Positions 1-12,944 are shown, numbered from the stretch's first letter. The stretch: DNA of 64,000 bases from Podarcis muralis (GCF_964188315.1 NC_135659.1:50220001-50284000), one strand, 5' to 3'. Program-made: numbers and translations. Notes: generated from the sequence alone by a model not told the origin.

Positions 1-152
1 ACAAACTTAGCATGAGTCAACAGTGTGATGCAACAGCTTTGAGTTAATGGAATGGAAGCAAATGCTATCAGCCCAGCCTACACACCTTCCTCTGTGTTGA
101 TTTATGAGAGATGGCACATAAATCAGTCATCTATGCTTTCTTTACCTTGCAG

Positions 153-264
153 GTATGAAGCTTGTAAAAATGACTTCACTTGTGTTAGCAACTGGCTGAC
201 AGACTGGGCAATTGATGAAAAAGGAGAAAACCACTGTAAGAACGCGTGCATCCCCTACCACGAG
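153..264 (+). CDS. RBP: Riboflavin-binding protein (folate receptor family), penultimate coding exon; gene 5' part lies outside the window
   Basis: Encodes YEACKNDFTCVSNWLTDWAIDEKGENHCKNACIPYHE, matching remembered chicken riboflavin-binding protein YEACKDDSICAHNWLTDWERDESGENHCKSKCVPYSE. Acceptor ttgcag at 147-152, donor gtagtg at 265. Confidence 0.92.
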
Positions 265-762
265 GTAGTGTATCATAATGATCCACAAACAGTGCACCTA
301 TGTGAAGGAGCCAGAAGGCTACATATAGCTCTGCATTTAACACCAGGGATCTAGTCTAGTAGATGTTCCTTCAACAAGAAAAAACTCACCTACTCAAACC
401 CCACCGGTATTCCAATGTCCTTTAGTAGAACTTGTGCACAGTAGTAGAGTAGTAAAGATTAACATTTGGCAAGATGGAAAGGGGCCGTGTATCTCAGCTG
501 GAGATGACTTGGGTGACATCCACACCATACACTTAAAGAACATGGCTTCCCCCAAAGAATCTTGGGAATTGTAGTTTAAGGGTGGTGAGAATCAAAATTA
601 TGTGAGGGGTAAACTACGGTCCCCACGATTCTTTATTTAAAGTGTGCTTTAAATGTATGGTGTGGATGCGACCATGCTTCACATGCAAAAATGTCCATAC
701 TTCAGTTCCTGGTTAAAAGGATCAGGCTAACTAGTGATAGGAAAAACCTCTGAGAGCCAGGA

Positions 763-1066
763 CATGGGTAGGCAAACTAAGGCCCGGGGGCCAAATCCAG
801 CCTAATCGCCTTCAAAATCGGAATCAGCGTGTTTTTACATGAGTAGAATGTGTCCTTTTATTTAAAATGCATCTCTGGGTTATTTGTGTGGCCTGCCTGG
901 TGTTTTTACATGAGTAGAATGTGTGTTTTTATTTAAAACGCATCTCTGGGTTATTTGTGGGGCATAGGAATTCGTTCATTATTTTTTTTCAAAATATAGT
1001 CCAGCCCCCGACAAGGTCTGAGGGATAGTGGACCGGCCCCCTGCTGAAAAAGTTTGTTGACCCCTG
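763..1066. mobile_element. hAT-type MITE, family A
   Basis: Imperfect TIRs catgggtaggcaaact / agtttgttgacccctg. Same family in the opposite orientation at 31268-31590 and 50133-50370. Internal 71-bp tandem duplication. TSD not clean. Confidence 0.8.
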
Positions 1067-1559
1067 GCCTAGAGAGCAATTGCCAGTCAGAGCAGGTTTA
1101 AAAAATGGGCAAGATGGAAACACTGTATAAGCCAGCTTCCTATGTTCTTGTGGAAGCAAAGAAAATTGAGATTTCTGTTTGAGTTGGCTCACAGCTGAAA
1201 ATAAAAGTGACTAAGATCCAAAAGGAATAAAGCTGGACAGCGCACTGAGGGAAAAGGATTTGTCTCTTTATTTCCATTGCTTTTAGCTCATACAGTAAAG
1301 CAATCAGCTGCTCCCCCCCCCCCCCCCATTTGTACAAATGGCAGAAAGGAGCAGTGGAGGGCGAGTGCTATGTGCCCTACATGGGCTGTTGTTAATCTTG
1401 GACCAAGCTTTTCCAAGCATGCCGTAGTAGAAAGATCTAGAGCAGGAGGAACATGTGGCCCAATTTTGCAAAGCTTGTGTGTCATCAAGAGCCATTTCAT
1501 TTTGTGTCTATTGCATTGGATGTCGTAAATTTAGACAGTTTTGTTTCTCTGACTCCTAG

Positions 1560-1805
1560 ATGTATGGCAATGGGACAGACATGTGCGAGAGCATGTGGGG
1601 AGATTCACTGAAGGTAAGTGACTCCCCCTGCCTGTGCCTGCAAATGGATGAGATGGATAGCAAGGTCGTCAAGCTCTTGGAGGAGAGGGCCACCGGTAAT
1701 AGTAGCAGTAGCAGCAGAAGTGATGAAGAGCAGTTCTGTCGCCTCAAGTTGGACAAAATAAAGAAGCTGAAGGAGCCGAAAGACGAAGGTGTGGAGACAT
1801 TCTAA
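1560..1805 (+). CDS. RBP: Riboflavin-binding protein, last coding exon
   Basis: MYGNGTDMCESMWGDSLKVSDSPCLCLQM matches chicken MYANGTDMCQSMWGESFKVSESSCLCLQM, followed by a Ser-rich acidic segment. Acceptor AG at 1558-1559, phase 0 agrees with the previous exon, stop TAA at 1803-1805. Confidence 0.92.
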   Translation: MYGNGTDMCESMWGDSLKVSDSPCLCLQMDEMDSKVVKLLEERATGNSSSSSRSDEEQFCRLKLDKIKKLKEPKDEGVETF

Positions 1806-1861
1806 GTGCCAGGGTTTCTTTAGGTTTTAAAGTGATGCATGTAGCACCTTTCCACTATTAA

Positions 1862-2235
1862 AACAATACTCAAGGTGGCCATCAGCCACACACAAAAAAA
1901 TACAATAAAGTGACTGAACAATTAAAATAGCTTAAAAAAATTAAAAGCCTGAAAAGTAAACAGTGTGGCAGATAATAAAAGCATCAACCACCATTAAAAA
2001 TGCCATGGCTAACCGAAAGCCTACCTCAAGAAAATGGCCTTCACTTGGTGGCAAAAGCTAAAAGGAGAGGGAGTCAAACAAACCTCCACAGGAGAGAGTT
2101 CCATCACAGGGGGCTGGCACAGAAAAGACTCTGTTGTACATCATCAGTCAATGTCAGGATCCACAAAGGGGCCTTTTCACCAGATCTCAGAGTGCGGGCA
2201 AAATGGCATGGGAGGGCCTGAGTCATTTAGGGCTT
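1862..2235 (-). mobile_element. Degraded LINE (L2-like) 3' fragment
   Basis: Reverse complement resembles the 3' part of the L2-like element at 21050-21395 (cttttctgtg...gccccc..., T-rich tail). No intact ORF. Confidence 0.45.
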
Positions 2236-3767
2236 CATTTGTGATAACACTTTGAATTGTCTAGATGTTGCTGGACTACAACTCCCATCATTACTGACTG
2301 CCTGGGGTGATAAAAGATGTAGTCCAACAACATTTGGAGGGCACCATGTTGACTGCTGTAGATAGTTGCTGAAGCCACTGCTGTAGCTAGTTGGGTGCTG
2401 ACTCTAGTGTGATTATTTCAGTTCGTCCTGCCCTCTCCATTTGGGAGAGTAGGCCACTTCATCAGTGTTCTTCAGCCTAGGGTCCACAGATGTTGTTGGA
2501 CTTCTAACTCCCATCATCTCTGACCCCAGCTGGCTGGGGATATGGAAGCTGAAGTCCAACAACATCGGGATACAAGGTTACATCATGCTGAAAGGCAACA
2601 TAAATCAGCTGCTGGCTTAATCCCTTCACTCATTTACATCCACAGTGCATAATAGAATTACAAAGCTAGTTAATGAATACACAAGTGAGCAAGGAAGCAG
2701 TGCACCTGCAAATCCTAATGAATTGCAGAATTGTATTATTAGGTTCTTTCAGAATCCACTTCCAGCTCTGTTTAGCTGTATCTGTACTGAGCGGGTTTCC
2801 ATGGCAACCAGACCTAACTGCACTCTTCACTAATCTGGTCTCAGCCTCTTAGCAGCCCTACAAAAGGAAGTGGGATAAAGCTCCAGGCTGGAGATATCGG
2901 CAGTTTTAACAATTCCTGCCTGTTACCTTTGGCATATGTCACTTGTTTTGAACTCTGGAGTTCTGCTTGCCTTCATTGATTAGATACTTAGCAACAACTG
3001 AAGTCAAACCCACACCATACATTTATCCCAAAGACCCCTGGGAACTGCAGTTTGTTGGGTGTTGATGATGATGACCCCCAAGAGCTAAATTCCCAGCACT
3101 ATTAACAACTTACAAAACATGACCTCTGACTAACATAGTTTAAAAAATGTTATATTGTCATTTTTCACAATAGAAGGACATAAGCAGTGAAAATAATTGT
3201 AAATAATAATAATAAGGATAAGGATACAGAAGGGAGGGAGGGAGAAAACCAGGAAAAAATGAGTGTGGAATTCAACATTACCATAATGGCTGCTCTTAGG
3301 TCTGCAAGGGGTGGAATGGATGAAGTAATGATGGCCCTCTAGTTCCTTAGATAAAAACAAGGAAGTAGAAGAGCAATTGAAGACTTAACTAAGCATGAAA
3401 TAAGTCAAAAACCTTAGGTAACAGTACCCTTCCAAAAGGCAATATGAGAAGCCCAGTGTTACATGCACCTCTATTAATATTTGTGAAAAAGGATATCGGG
3501 TCTCTCTAGCTTTGACCATGGACAATTTTTGAACCTGCTGGGTGTCTTCTAAAAACCTTCCTGCTCCAGAATTAATATTGGGATCTACCTGATCATCCCC
3601 AGGATTTTCAGTAATTGATATGAGAGTTAACAGAACTCAGGATACTATACAGGAGCCTGCTACTGTTAGGAGGGACCAGAGTGGGCAAAGAATGCCCTAG
3701 TAGTAGCCAGTGCTTGCTCCAGGTTTGAGAAGGCCCTGGCCAGTGTCCTCTGGTGGGCCCTCTTGCC

Positions 3768-4158
3768 ATAGATTTAAAGAATTGTAGAGTTGGAAGGGAC
3801 CCTATCTAGTCCACCCCCCTGCAATGCAGGAATCTTAACTAGATCATACATGACAGGTGGCCATCCAACCACTGCTTAAAAACCTCCAGTGAAGGAGAGC
3901 CCACAACCTCTGGTAGCAGTCTTTTCCCACAGGCAAACAGCTCTTACTGTCACAAAGTTCTTCCTGATGTTTAGTTGGAATCTCCTTTCTTGTAACTTGA
4001 ATCAATTGGTCCAGGTCCTAGTCTCTGAACCAGGAGAAAACAAGTCTTCTCCATCCTCCATGATACCCTTTAGATATTTGAAGATGGCTATCATATCTCC
4101 TCTCAGTCTCCTCTGGACCAGGCTAAACATGCTCAGTTCCCTCAACCATTTCTCATAA
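3768..4158 (-). mobile_element. CR1 LINE 3' fragment
   Basis: gagttggaagggacc...cccctgcaatgcaggaatc...aaaaacctccagtgaaggagag, shared with copies at 46770 and 49722; typical reverse-complemented CR1 3' end. Confidence 0.75.
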
Positions 4159-7100
4159 GGTCACCTTACACGTTACAGGCAATACTTAGAACTACAGGTC
4201 TGTGGAACCGGGTTTAGTAGCTTCAACTGATGGCCATAATGAAATAACTGGCTCTTAACTATTGGAGGAAATATTTTTGTTCTGAGGGAAACATTGACAA
4301 AACTTCTGTCAAATCTTGCTAGCTATTTTGTGACACTAAAGCTGGTCCCAGTGAAGGCATTGCTCAATTGTGGATTTTGATTGTTTCCCCAACGAATCAG
4401 TACAGTTTCCTCTCCTTTTTGTGTGTGCTGACTAAACAGTTACTACAGTTACAAGCAGCGTGAATCCTGAGAAGAGAAATATGTGTGTGTACATATATAT
4501 TTTTCTTTCACTCCTCTGCAGCTCTTGCAGTGGGGGACCACACCCTTTAACTCCTGAGCCCTGCTGTGTCCCTGGTTTACCCCAACTCTGGAACGGACAC
4601 ATTGAATCCTTGGCAAATTAAGCTTTTGAGTCTCCTCTCACTCAACACAGCTGTGATCAATTAATTACACAGACTCTAGAGTTAATTTCCTTGTTAAGCC
4701 ATTTTCCTTCTCAAGAAGGTGATTGTCCCCAAGGGGGAAATGAAATGTACTTTAACTAGCATAATGTAACACTGAGGTTTTACAAGCAGCGCTCGGGATG
4801 TTTACTCATAAAAACAAGCTGCCTCAGTGGATTGTATCCAGGCTTAAGAGTTTAAACAACACTGTTCTCAGCTATACATATCAAATGTAAAACTCCTATA
4901 ACATAGGAGGAAGATTTTGTAGGGGCTCTGGCGAGCACAGCTTTTATGTCACAGTCCTACTGGAGCTGGAAAAGCTGCACGTGGAGCCTCCTTTCCCTCT
5001 GTAGTTTTGTTGTACAATTATGCTCCCATGTGCAGTTTTAGCGTTGGGTTAGACATATCCCATTTCACTGTTCTTGTCCTGACAGTAATGCCCCACCCCA
5101 GATTCTCTATAACGGGGATAGGGAATCTGCAGCTTCCAGATGCTGCTAGACTCCAACTCTCATCGACACCAACCTGCATAGCCAAAGATCAGGAATGATG
5201 GGAGTTGTAGACCAACAACATCTGGAGGGCCACAGGTTCCCCACTCCTTCTGTAAAAGATATAATTTTAGTAGATGCAGCCTATGTAACATTGCTGCAGA
5301 AATCAGAAACACTCACTGTTCTTTCAGTCTTTAATAATTTTATCAGGGATGGCTATTAACCAAGTCATAGGCCACTTGGTTTCCAAATCAATTTATTTAT
5401 CTTCTGGCAATTCTGCCAAATAAAGGTATGGTAAAAAGCTTTTTGACCGAAACTAAAGTTGTTCTTAAAACATTCTAACAAAGAAAGTATCCACATTGTA
5501 ATGCTACATCTCTCCTTGTTTGGGGTGCCCCAGCCATGAGCTTGCAACTGCAAACCCCTCTTATTGCTTGATAACATGTGATGGAGTCAGTGTGTGTGGC
5601 AAAATACACTTGTGTGTGACAGTAGCTCCCAACAACAAAGAAGCTGGTCACCCCTGCACAGAAAACTTCAAAATGTAAAACATGGAGCTACGTTTTCTGT
5701 ATAGTCTGCAACTTTTGAGAACTTTAATTTCAGAGAGGCAATCTGGAAACCTCAGTACATCAGCAAATCTTTTTACTGGTGACTCAAATTCTAAACAAAT
5801 GCAGTCACCGGAAAATCATTGTATGCTTTAAGAGAAATGCGTTTCCCCAAAGTTGCCTATGTCCCTTTGAGAAAATTAGTGAGAGAAATATTGAACATTC
5901 CAATAAGTAAAATTTTCAGAAGAGGGAAAGCAAAGGATTTAAAGGCAGGAATTGTTAAGCAAAAATTGTTATAAATGAATAGTAAAAGTGTTTCTGGTAT
6001 CAGCATGTAAATCTGGGGCAAAAAACTGCATTAGGTGCAGCCTGTCATTCACCTGGTATGTTTTTGCACTGATCAATTTTATAAATCCTGTCGTATGAAC
6101 CTCATACTAGGTGGGAACTAAACAGAAGAGTCCCCACCCCTTCTATTCTGCTGTGACATTGTCCCCGGTATTCTGACCCATTATGCTACAAAGCTAAATA
6201 ATTGGAATAGGTTTTTTTTAGTAGATTAGTTACAAAACCTTAATAATGGAAGCAAATTTTATTACGGGCCACGTCCACAATTGTTAACCCTCCTCCTATA
6301 TTAATCACTGTATTTAAAACATGTTACAGTTGTGCCCCCTGCTGGAAGCATCCACCTCCTGTTGTATTACTTGGAGAAATGTTAAGGATTCCCTCCTACA
6401 GTACTGGGATGATTTGTGGTCTCCATTATCAAACCCCAGGAACTGTAAACGTGGTGTTAGGTTATCAAAACCTTGAGAGTCAAGTTTCAAACAGTTGCAA
6501 TCAGACTCTATTGCAATTGATCCATGTGCATTTCAAAGGAGCGTGATCTTGTGCATTTCAAAACTGGTTAAACCACTTACTTTAAACCAGGGGCGGGGGA
6601 ATCTGTGGCCTTCCAGATGATTTTGAACCTCACCTAGCCCCAGCCAGCATGGCCAATGGTAAGATATTATGGGAACTGTTGTCCAACAAAATCTGGAGAG
6701 CCACAAGTTCCTGATCTCTCTATTAAACAGCACTGTCTGATAATATGTCCAAGTGATATGAACATCTGTGGTGACGTGTGAAAAAATAAATCTTAATCTA
6801 ATAGTATTTCAGTATATAAGAGTGCATTTCTAAATATAATGTTTGTATTTGCTAGTTAGGACAGAGGCCAACTATAGAAACAGTGGTGCAACATTATTTC
6901 AAGTACGAAGTTGAAGCCATTATAAGTAAGGGAACTTTACCCTCTCTTAACACTTGTAAGGCTTTCAAGAGCTGCCATTTTCCTGCAAGCCCTGTCTTCT
7001 AAATAGGTTAAATTATACAGTATACAAATTTATCTCATTTTTCATTTTAAAAATGCAAATGTTTCTTCTCTTCAGCATCATGACTCCTGAAGTGACCAGA

Positions 7101-7949
7101 TTGCTTGGCAGTAGGTCTGGTGTATCATGACTGAAGTAGTATTACTGCCAGGTGTAACAGCAAACAATGCTCACTCACTCCAGTCAAGGTGCATAGTTAG
7201 CCACAGGAATCAGGTGAGGTGAAAGCATGACAAATCATCCACATACACCCCCCAAACCACTGAACTTTCGCACCATTGGTAACTGCAGATATATCATATG
7301 TTTTTACTTCCTGAATTTTCTGCAAGTGGAAATCCAGACTAAATGTAAAAAAAATAAATAGTAGTATGGGCTGGCATTATGATGGTGACATGTGGAACAT
7401 GAGAAAAATGTGTGAGCACGTGCACAAGCAGCACCAATTCCACAATGAAGAAAAATAAGGATTGCCACTTGCGGTGCAGTATATGCAGACAATATATTGG
7501 TGTGTGCATTGTTCTCAGGCAAGCGTACCACAGGAAAAATGCATACCAAATGCTAGGAGAATGGGAAGGCCAAAAATAAAGGGGGTGGGGGCAAAGCTAA
7601 CATCCCTTGAGAAACACGGGGATTCTTTGGTGTCCAAAAAGAGCTCTCATTTTAAGATAGAGAAAGGGGTTGACAAAATGAGGCAGAACTCTGCTCTGAA
7701 GCTGAGTGGGCGAGGCATGGGACTTAACAATGGTGTCATGGGGGGCACCTGGTTGCGCCCCTCAGAAATGTGTGCCGCGGGCAATCGCCCCCCCTCGCCC
7801 CGCCCACGCTACTGTTCTGCTATTATGGGATATCTTGGACTTGGGGAGGGCAGAGTAACCCTACCCCATGACTTTCAGCACCACGACCATAAAAAAACGC
7901 CTCGGGCTGCTGCTCCTGATTTGATGGCTGTCACTCAGCTTTCCCGGTC

Positions 7950-8520
7950 CCAGCCAGTAGGGAGGCCGCCCCGCCGCCCACATTCCTGCGGCTGAAGGGC
8001 GGGCAGCGGCAGCAGCGAGCCCGGCTTTGCGAGGCTCATCCTGCCTCGCTAACAAATGGATGTCTCTTTTTCGCGCGCGCAGCGTTCTCTCCCGCGCATC
8101 CTCTCTTCGACCCTCTCCTTCTATTACGGGCAAAGGCCTTCACAGTCTATAATGCGCAAGCGCCAAGAGTCGCCTTCCTTCTCCGGCCCGTCTCCGGCTC
8201 CCCGAGACATGCGCAGTGGTATCTCCCGTCCCGGAGAGCGTTGAATGGACGCTTCTTCCCAGCTTTCTCTGGTGCCGGAAAGGCCGGGGGGCGGGGCGGG
8301 CGGACGCAAAAGTTGTTGGGAAATCGGGGAAGGACCATGAATGGCTGAGTGGAAAAGAAGAAGAAGGTAGTGTCTAGAGTCCGTTGCGCGCAAATGAACA
8401 GGCGAGGCAATCCCGTGTTTTGATAGCTCACAGTCCCCGCCTCCCGCCCCGACTGTTAATTTTAAGTATTGGATGCAATAGAGTTATTAAGTTCTCGCGC
8501 TGCGTTAGCCTTCCCTTGTT
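7950..8520 (+). promoter_or_regulatory. IPP: CpG island, probable IPP promoter and non-coding exon 1
   Basis: GC/CpG-dense segment about 0.6-1.1 kb upstream of the IPP ATG exon. NRF1-like GCGCAAGCGC (8153-8162) and CATGCGCA (8208-8215), plus GC boxes. Exact TSS and exon 1 donor not resolved. Confidence 0.65.
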
Positions 8521-9120
8521 TTAGACCTGAGTGCCGATTAGCTTAATTCGAACTGTAGTTGAGCATAGGGACATAGAAACAGAAGCTTGTCTCTGAGCGT
8601 GTGCAAAGTGCTAATTCCATTAATATTGTGCTCCCTTACCGAGCGTCCGTTTCAGTAATGCCACCCAGACCGCTTCTTCTTTTCCTAATTCCGTATTCCT
8701 GTTCTGATTGTCGTGCTGAGGATGTGACAAGGTCCCAATCTATTTTCCTAGAGTGATGCAGGTAAAATGAATAGCGATTTCATTCTCAGGCCTTCTTAGT
8801 ACGGTTGTTTGTGTTGTGCCTGTCATGTTCCTTTTGGTGAAATTAGATTAGGGCTGCACCCCTAAACAGGCTTATTTGGAAATAAATCTGATTGAAATCA
8901 ACAGGATTTATTACCTGTGGGGACCAAAACTGAAATCCGGGCTGATCAGACCTGGAAGCGTCCTTAGTTTATTAAAGGGGGAAATGTTATTGTCACTCAA
9001 AATTAGGTTCATTACTAACCCTGTCATTAGATCTTTAATTTTCAAAGGGTTTCTTGTCCTTCCTAGATCATCATTGGGGGATGATGGGCATCACTCACTC
9101 CATTTCTCTGTGATCCTGCC

Positions 9121-9412
9121 ATGGCTTGTGTGCCTTGTTCCAACACCAGCGAATTCCCCTTCTTGGCAGACAGGCATGCTCGTCTTATACTGGCCCAGAT
9201 CAACAAGATGAGATGTGGGCAGCACTTCTGTGATGTGCAGCTCCAGGTTGGTGAAGAAGTATTTAAAGTCCACCGGCTTGTCTTGGCTGCAAGCAGTCCT
9301 TATTTTGCAGCTCTGTTTGCAGGAGGGATGAAAGAGTCTTCAAAGGATGTTGTACGGATCCTAGGTGTGGAGGCTGACATCTTTCAGATCCTGCTGGACT
9401 TTATTTACACAG
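9121..9412 (+). CDS. IPP: IPP (KLHL27) coding exon 1, BTB domain
   Basis: DRHARLILAQINKMRCGQHFCDVQLQVG...HRLVLAASSPYFAALF; Kozak gccATGG; acceptor AG at 9065-9066; donor GT at 9413. The 8 exons total 1755 nt = 584 aa + stop. Confidence 0.96.
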
Positions 9413-9665
9413 GTAGACTTCATTTCTAAAACATTTTTGAGACCATGTTATGCTTTTTGGCAATGCCTTAGTATCCTGGAGCTTGTGAATCAAATGTATG
9501 TGCCGTTTTATAACTTGTCACTGAGTACATCACAGGCATCCCCCAAATTATGTCACAAGGTCTTCATTGGTCTGAATTGTAACACTTCAGAGTTCATATG
9601 AGGAGCTCCCTTGACTGAATGTTCATCCATAAGAAAAGTTCACTCTGCATGAAAAAATAAAATGT

Positions 9666-10001
9666 AAGGTAAAGGTACCCCTGCCCGTACGGGCCAGTCT
9701 TGACAGACTCTAGGGTTGTGCGCCCATCTCACTCAAGAGGCCGGGGGCCAGCGCTGTCCGGAGACACTTCCGGGTCATGTGGCCAGCATGACATCGCTGC
9801 TCTGGCGAGCCGTTTACCTTCCCACTAGTAAGCGGTCCCTATTTATCTACTTGCACCCAGGGGTGCTTTCGAACTGCTAGGTTGGCAGGCGCTGGGACCG
9901 AACAACGGGAGCGCACCCCGCCGCTGGGATTCGAACTGCCGACCTTTCGATCGGCAAGCCCTAGGCACTGAGGCTTTTACCCACAGCGCCACCCGCATCC
10001 C
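9666..10001 (-). mobile_element. Sauria SINE, full length (second subfamily type)
   Basis: tRNA-derived head with B box (plus-strand gggattcgaac), (ACCTTT)n tail, near-perfect TSD aaatgt(a/g)aggta(a/g)agg; closely similar to 33587-33942. Confidence 0.88.
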
Positions 10002-10441
10002 AAATGTGAGGTAGAGGGCTTCTAATCTAGTTTTCTCTGTCATGCTAACTATGTGCTGGGGTTTGGGGAGGGGTAAGGAGGAACATTTAGTCTTGTCAAT
10101 GTCTATGTTCCCAGTTTGAAGTTATAATTGAGACCCATTTGCAATTCTTTATGAACAGAGCCAGTTAATTACCATAGCATTAGCTGTTTTATCATCCGTT
10201 TAGTGGGGTGGGGGAAAACATTCAATCTGTGCTATTTGGTTTACTAAAAAGGGTGCCTGTGCTGTAACGTTTCTTGATCAGTTAATTATTTTGATCGCTG
10301 ATGATACTCCCCCTAAGATATTAATAATGTGGCTATAATGTACTTATTCAAGGGACATTCACAAATTTTGTGGTCAAACTGTATGCTATTGTATTGGCAA
10401 GATTTCGTACCACCTGAAATAGTTCTCTGTTGTGTGTTTAG

Positions 10442-10873
10442 GCATAGTCAGCATTGGTGAAAGTAATGTCCAGGAGTTGATTGTGGCAGCAGACATGTTC
10501 CAACTCACAGAAGTTGTAGACCTTTGCTGTGAATTTCTGAAGGGGCAGATTGACCCTTCAAACTGCATTGGACTCTTCCAGTTCTCCGAGCAAATTGCCT
10601 GTCACGATCTGCTAGAATTCACAGAGAATTACATCCATGCCCATTTCCTGGACATCCAGGATGGAGAGGAATTCCTGGCTCTGACAAAGGACCAGCTCAT
10701 TAAGATATTGCGAAGTGAGGAACTGAGCATAGAAGATGAGTACCAGGTTTTCATAGCTGCAATGCAATGGATTCTGAAGGACCTGGGGAGAAGAAAGAAA
10801 CACGTGGTGGAAATACTGGATACAGTTCGATTTCCGTTGTTACCCCCACAGAGACTCTTGAAATACATAGAAG
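10442..10873 (+). CDS. IPP: IPP coding exon 2, BTB end and BACK domain
   Basis: IVSIGESNVQELIVAADMFQL...VRFPLLPPQRLLKYIE; AG at 10440-10441, GT at 10874; 432 nt, phase 1-1. Confidence 0.96.
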
Positions 10874-11142
10874 GTAACTCAGAGTAGGGTAGTGTGTGTC
10901 TGTACTACAACTCTGTATCTAAATCTGTATATCTTTTCACATCACTCAGTGACCCATTGTGGGCTCTTCGGACTAATTTTGTGAAGCCCTAACAACTAGA
11001 AACACTGGCATCCCAGAAGAGCTCCAAAACCTCTCATTAGCATTTAGGCCTGGAATCACTATTACATATAGCACCTGCCAGATTGGGGCCTGTGATAAAG
11101 CTGAAAATAGTTTTGGAAGTTTGCAGCTGTGGGTAATACTGG

Positions 11143-11468
11143 GTAAGGTAAAGGTAAAGGGACCACTGACCATTAGGTCCAGTTGCAGATGACTCTGGGG
11201 TTGCGGCGCTCATCTCGCTTTACTGGCCGAGGGAGCCGGCGTACAGCTTCCAGGTCATGTGGCCAGCATGACTAAGCCGCTTCTGGTGAACCAGAGCAGC
11301 ACACGGAAATGCCGGTTACCTTCCTGCCAGAGTGGTACCTATTTATCTACTTGCACTTTGACGTGCTTTCGAACTGCTAGGTTGGCAGGAGCAGGGACCG
11401 AGCAATGGGAGCTCGCCCTGTCACGGGGATTTGAAACGCCGACCTTCTGATCGGCAAGCCCTAGGCTC
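11143..11468 (-). mobile_element. Sauria SINE, slightly 5'-truncated
   Basis: aaggtaaagggacc.ctgaccattaggtccag...ctttcgaactgctaggttggcagg; same family as 32224-32583. Confidence 0.88.
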
Positions 11469-12371
11469 TAGTTTAAGATCCATTAAAAAGACCTTGCAAC
11501 ATGAGGCAGAACATGGTGGCATTTCACTTCTAACAGGCAGGGAAAATTGGATACATACACACACACATCCATAATTTTATTTGTATGCCGCCTTTTCACA
11601 GTTCAAACCATGTTCAAGGTAGCTAACAACATGGGGAAAAAATAACTACAACATAACAAAAGTAGTCATAAAACATTAGAAAGCACACAACCAAACGGAA
11701 CAATTTCCACATAAATCCCTCATTCCCACAAAATATGCTCCCATCTCCTGGAAAACCCCAAATACTCACAGTTTGGTCAGTGTGAAGGGTAAGGCTGAAA
11801 ACTTCTGCTGGATGGAGTGCGGATGAGTATGTGCCTAACTTGAGGTGTGCATACTTACTGGTGAAAAATTGGTTTATGTATCAAAGGAAAGGGTGAAGAC
11901 TGTAGTTCAACATAGAGCCTTTATACTTTTTAATCTGGCCTGGTCTGTATTCACAAAGGCTGTTAATGAGACCCATTAATGTAGACAACATTAGGAGTCT
12001 GGGGAACTTCTTTCTGCCCTATAGATTGAACAAAATCTGAGCCTGGATATTTCCCAGAAGGGCTACGAGGCATTTTGCTGTACATATATATTGGCTCTTA
12101 ATGGTTGGGGTTAAGGAAGCAGGAGGAAAGTGATGTATTTTAGTATATGAGTTTATTGATTGATTTTTAAAATGTGCTGTGAGCTCTTTGGCTGGAGCTC
12201 TATGCTGAGCTCTTTGGCTGGAGGCAAGCCGCAAATCCAATAAATCAGTAGTGGGAAACATTTTTCTGCCCAAGGGCCACATTCCCTTCTGGGGTCCACA
12301 TACCAGCGATAGGTGGGGCTGGAGGAAAAAGTTGGTAGAGCAAGGAATTTCAAATTTACCTTTGTATAGTA

Positions 12372-12604
12372 CAGTGGTACCTCGGGCTACAGACGCTTCA
12401 GGTTACAGACGCTTCAGTTTACAGGCTCCGCTAACCCAGAAATAGTACCTCAGGTTAAGAACTTTGCTTCAGGATGAGAACAGAAATTGTGTGGCGGCGG
12501 CAGCAGGAGCCCCATTAGCTAAAGTGGTACCTCAGGTTAAGAACAGTTTCAGGTTAAGAATGGACCTCCAGAACTAATTAAGTTCTTAACCTGAGGTACC
12601 ACTG
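12372..12604. mobile_element. Tc1/mariner (Tigger/pogo-like) MITE
   Basis: TIRs CAGTGGTACCTC / GAGGTACCACTG, flanked by TA on both sides. Confidence 0.85.
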
Positions 12605-12944
12605 TACACTAGTTTCTACACACACACCTAAACATCTCTCTGTCTTCCATCCAGGTAAGCATCAGAGTTCAAAGACACATTCTAGCCACTCAAAAGCACC
12701 TAAAGAGTGTGTGATTCAAAGGCGGTGAGGGATGTGGCCTGGGGATATGGTGGGTCTGAGGAAGAATAGATTGTCTGGGGAGAGTCCCAAAGGTAAGGCA
12801 GGCAGGACTGCATTTGGCTCCCGACCTGAGGTTTCCAAGCCCTGCAATAAATCAATAACAATGTAATTGCTAAAAACTACACATCCACCTGGTTTATCTG
12901 TAGATTGACTATCACTGATTGTCCCATGCTTTTGTCTTCTCAAG

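Noticed and set aside
1-45. Short CR1 RT-like remnant (agcatgagtcaacagtgtgatgca)
   Set aside because: Too short and cut by the window edge to delimit.
2250-6725. Several degenerate ggactacaactcccatca hairpin remnants (about 2250-2350, 2470-2580, 5120-5250, 6590-6720; also 46380-46720)
   Set aside because: Probably old relatives of MITE family C, not structured RNAs; ends and TSDs not resolvable.
7462-8431. 177-aa and neighbouring ORFs upstream of IPP
   Set aside because: No homology recognisable to me, no splice-consistent structure; they run into the CpG island.
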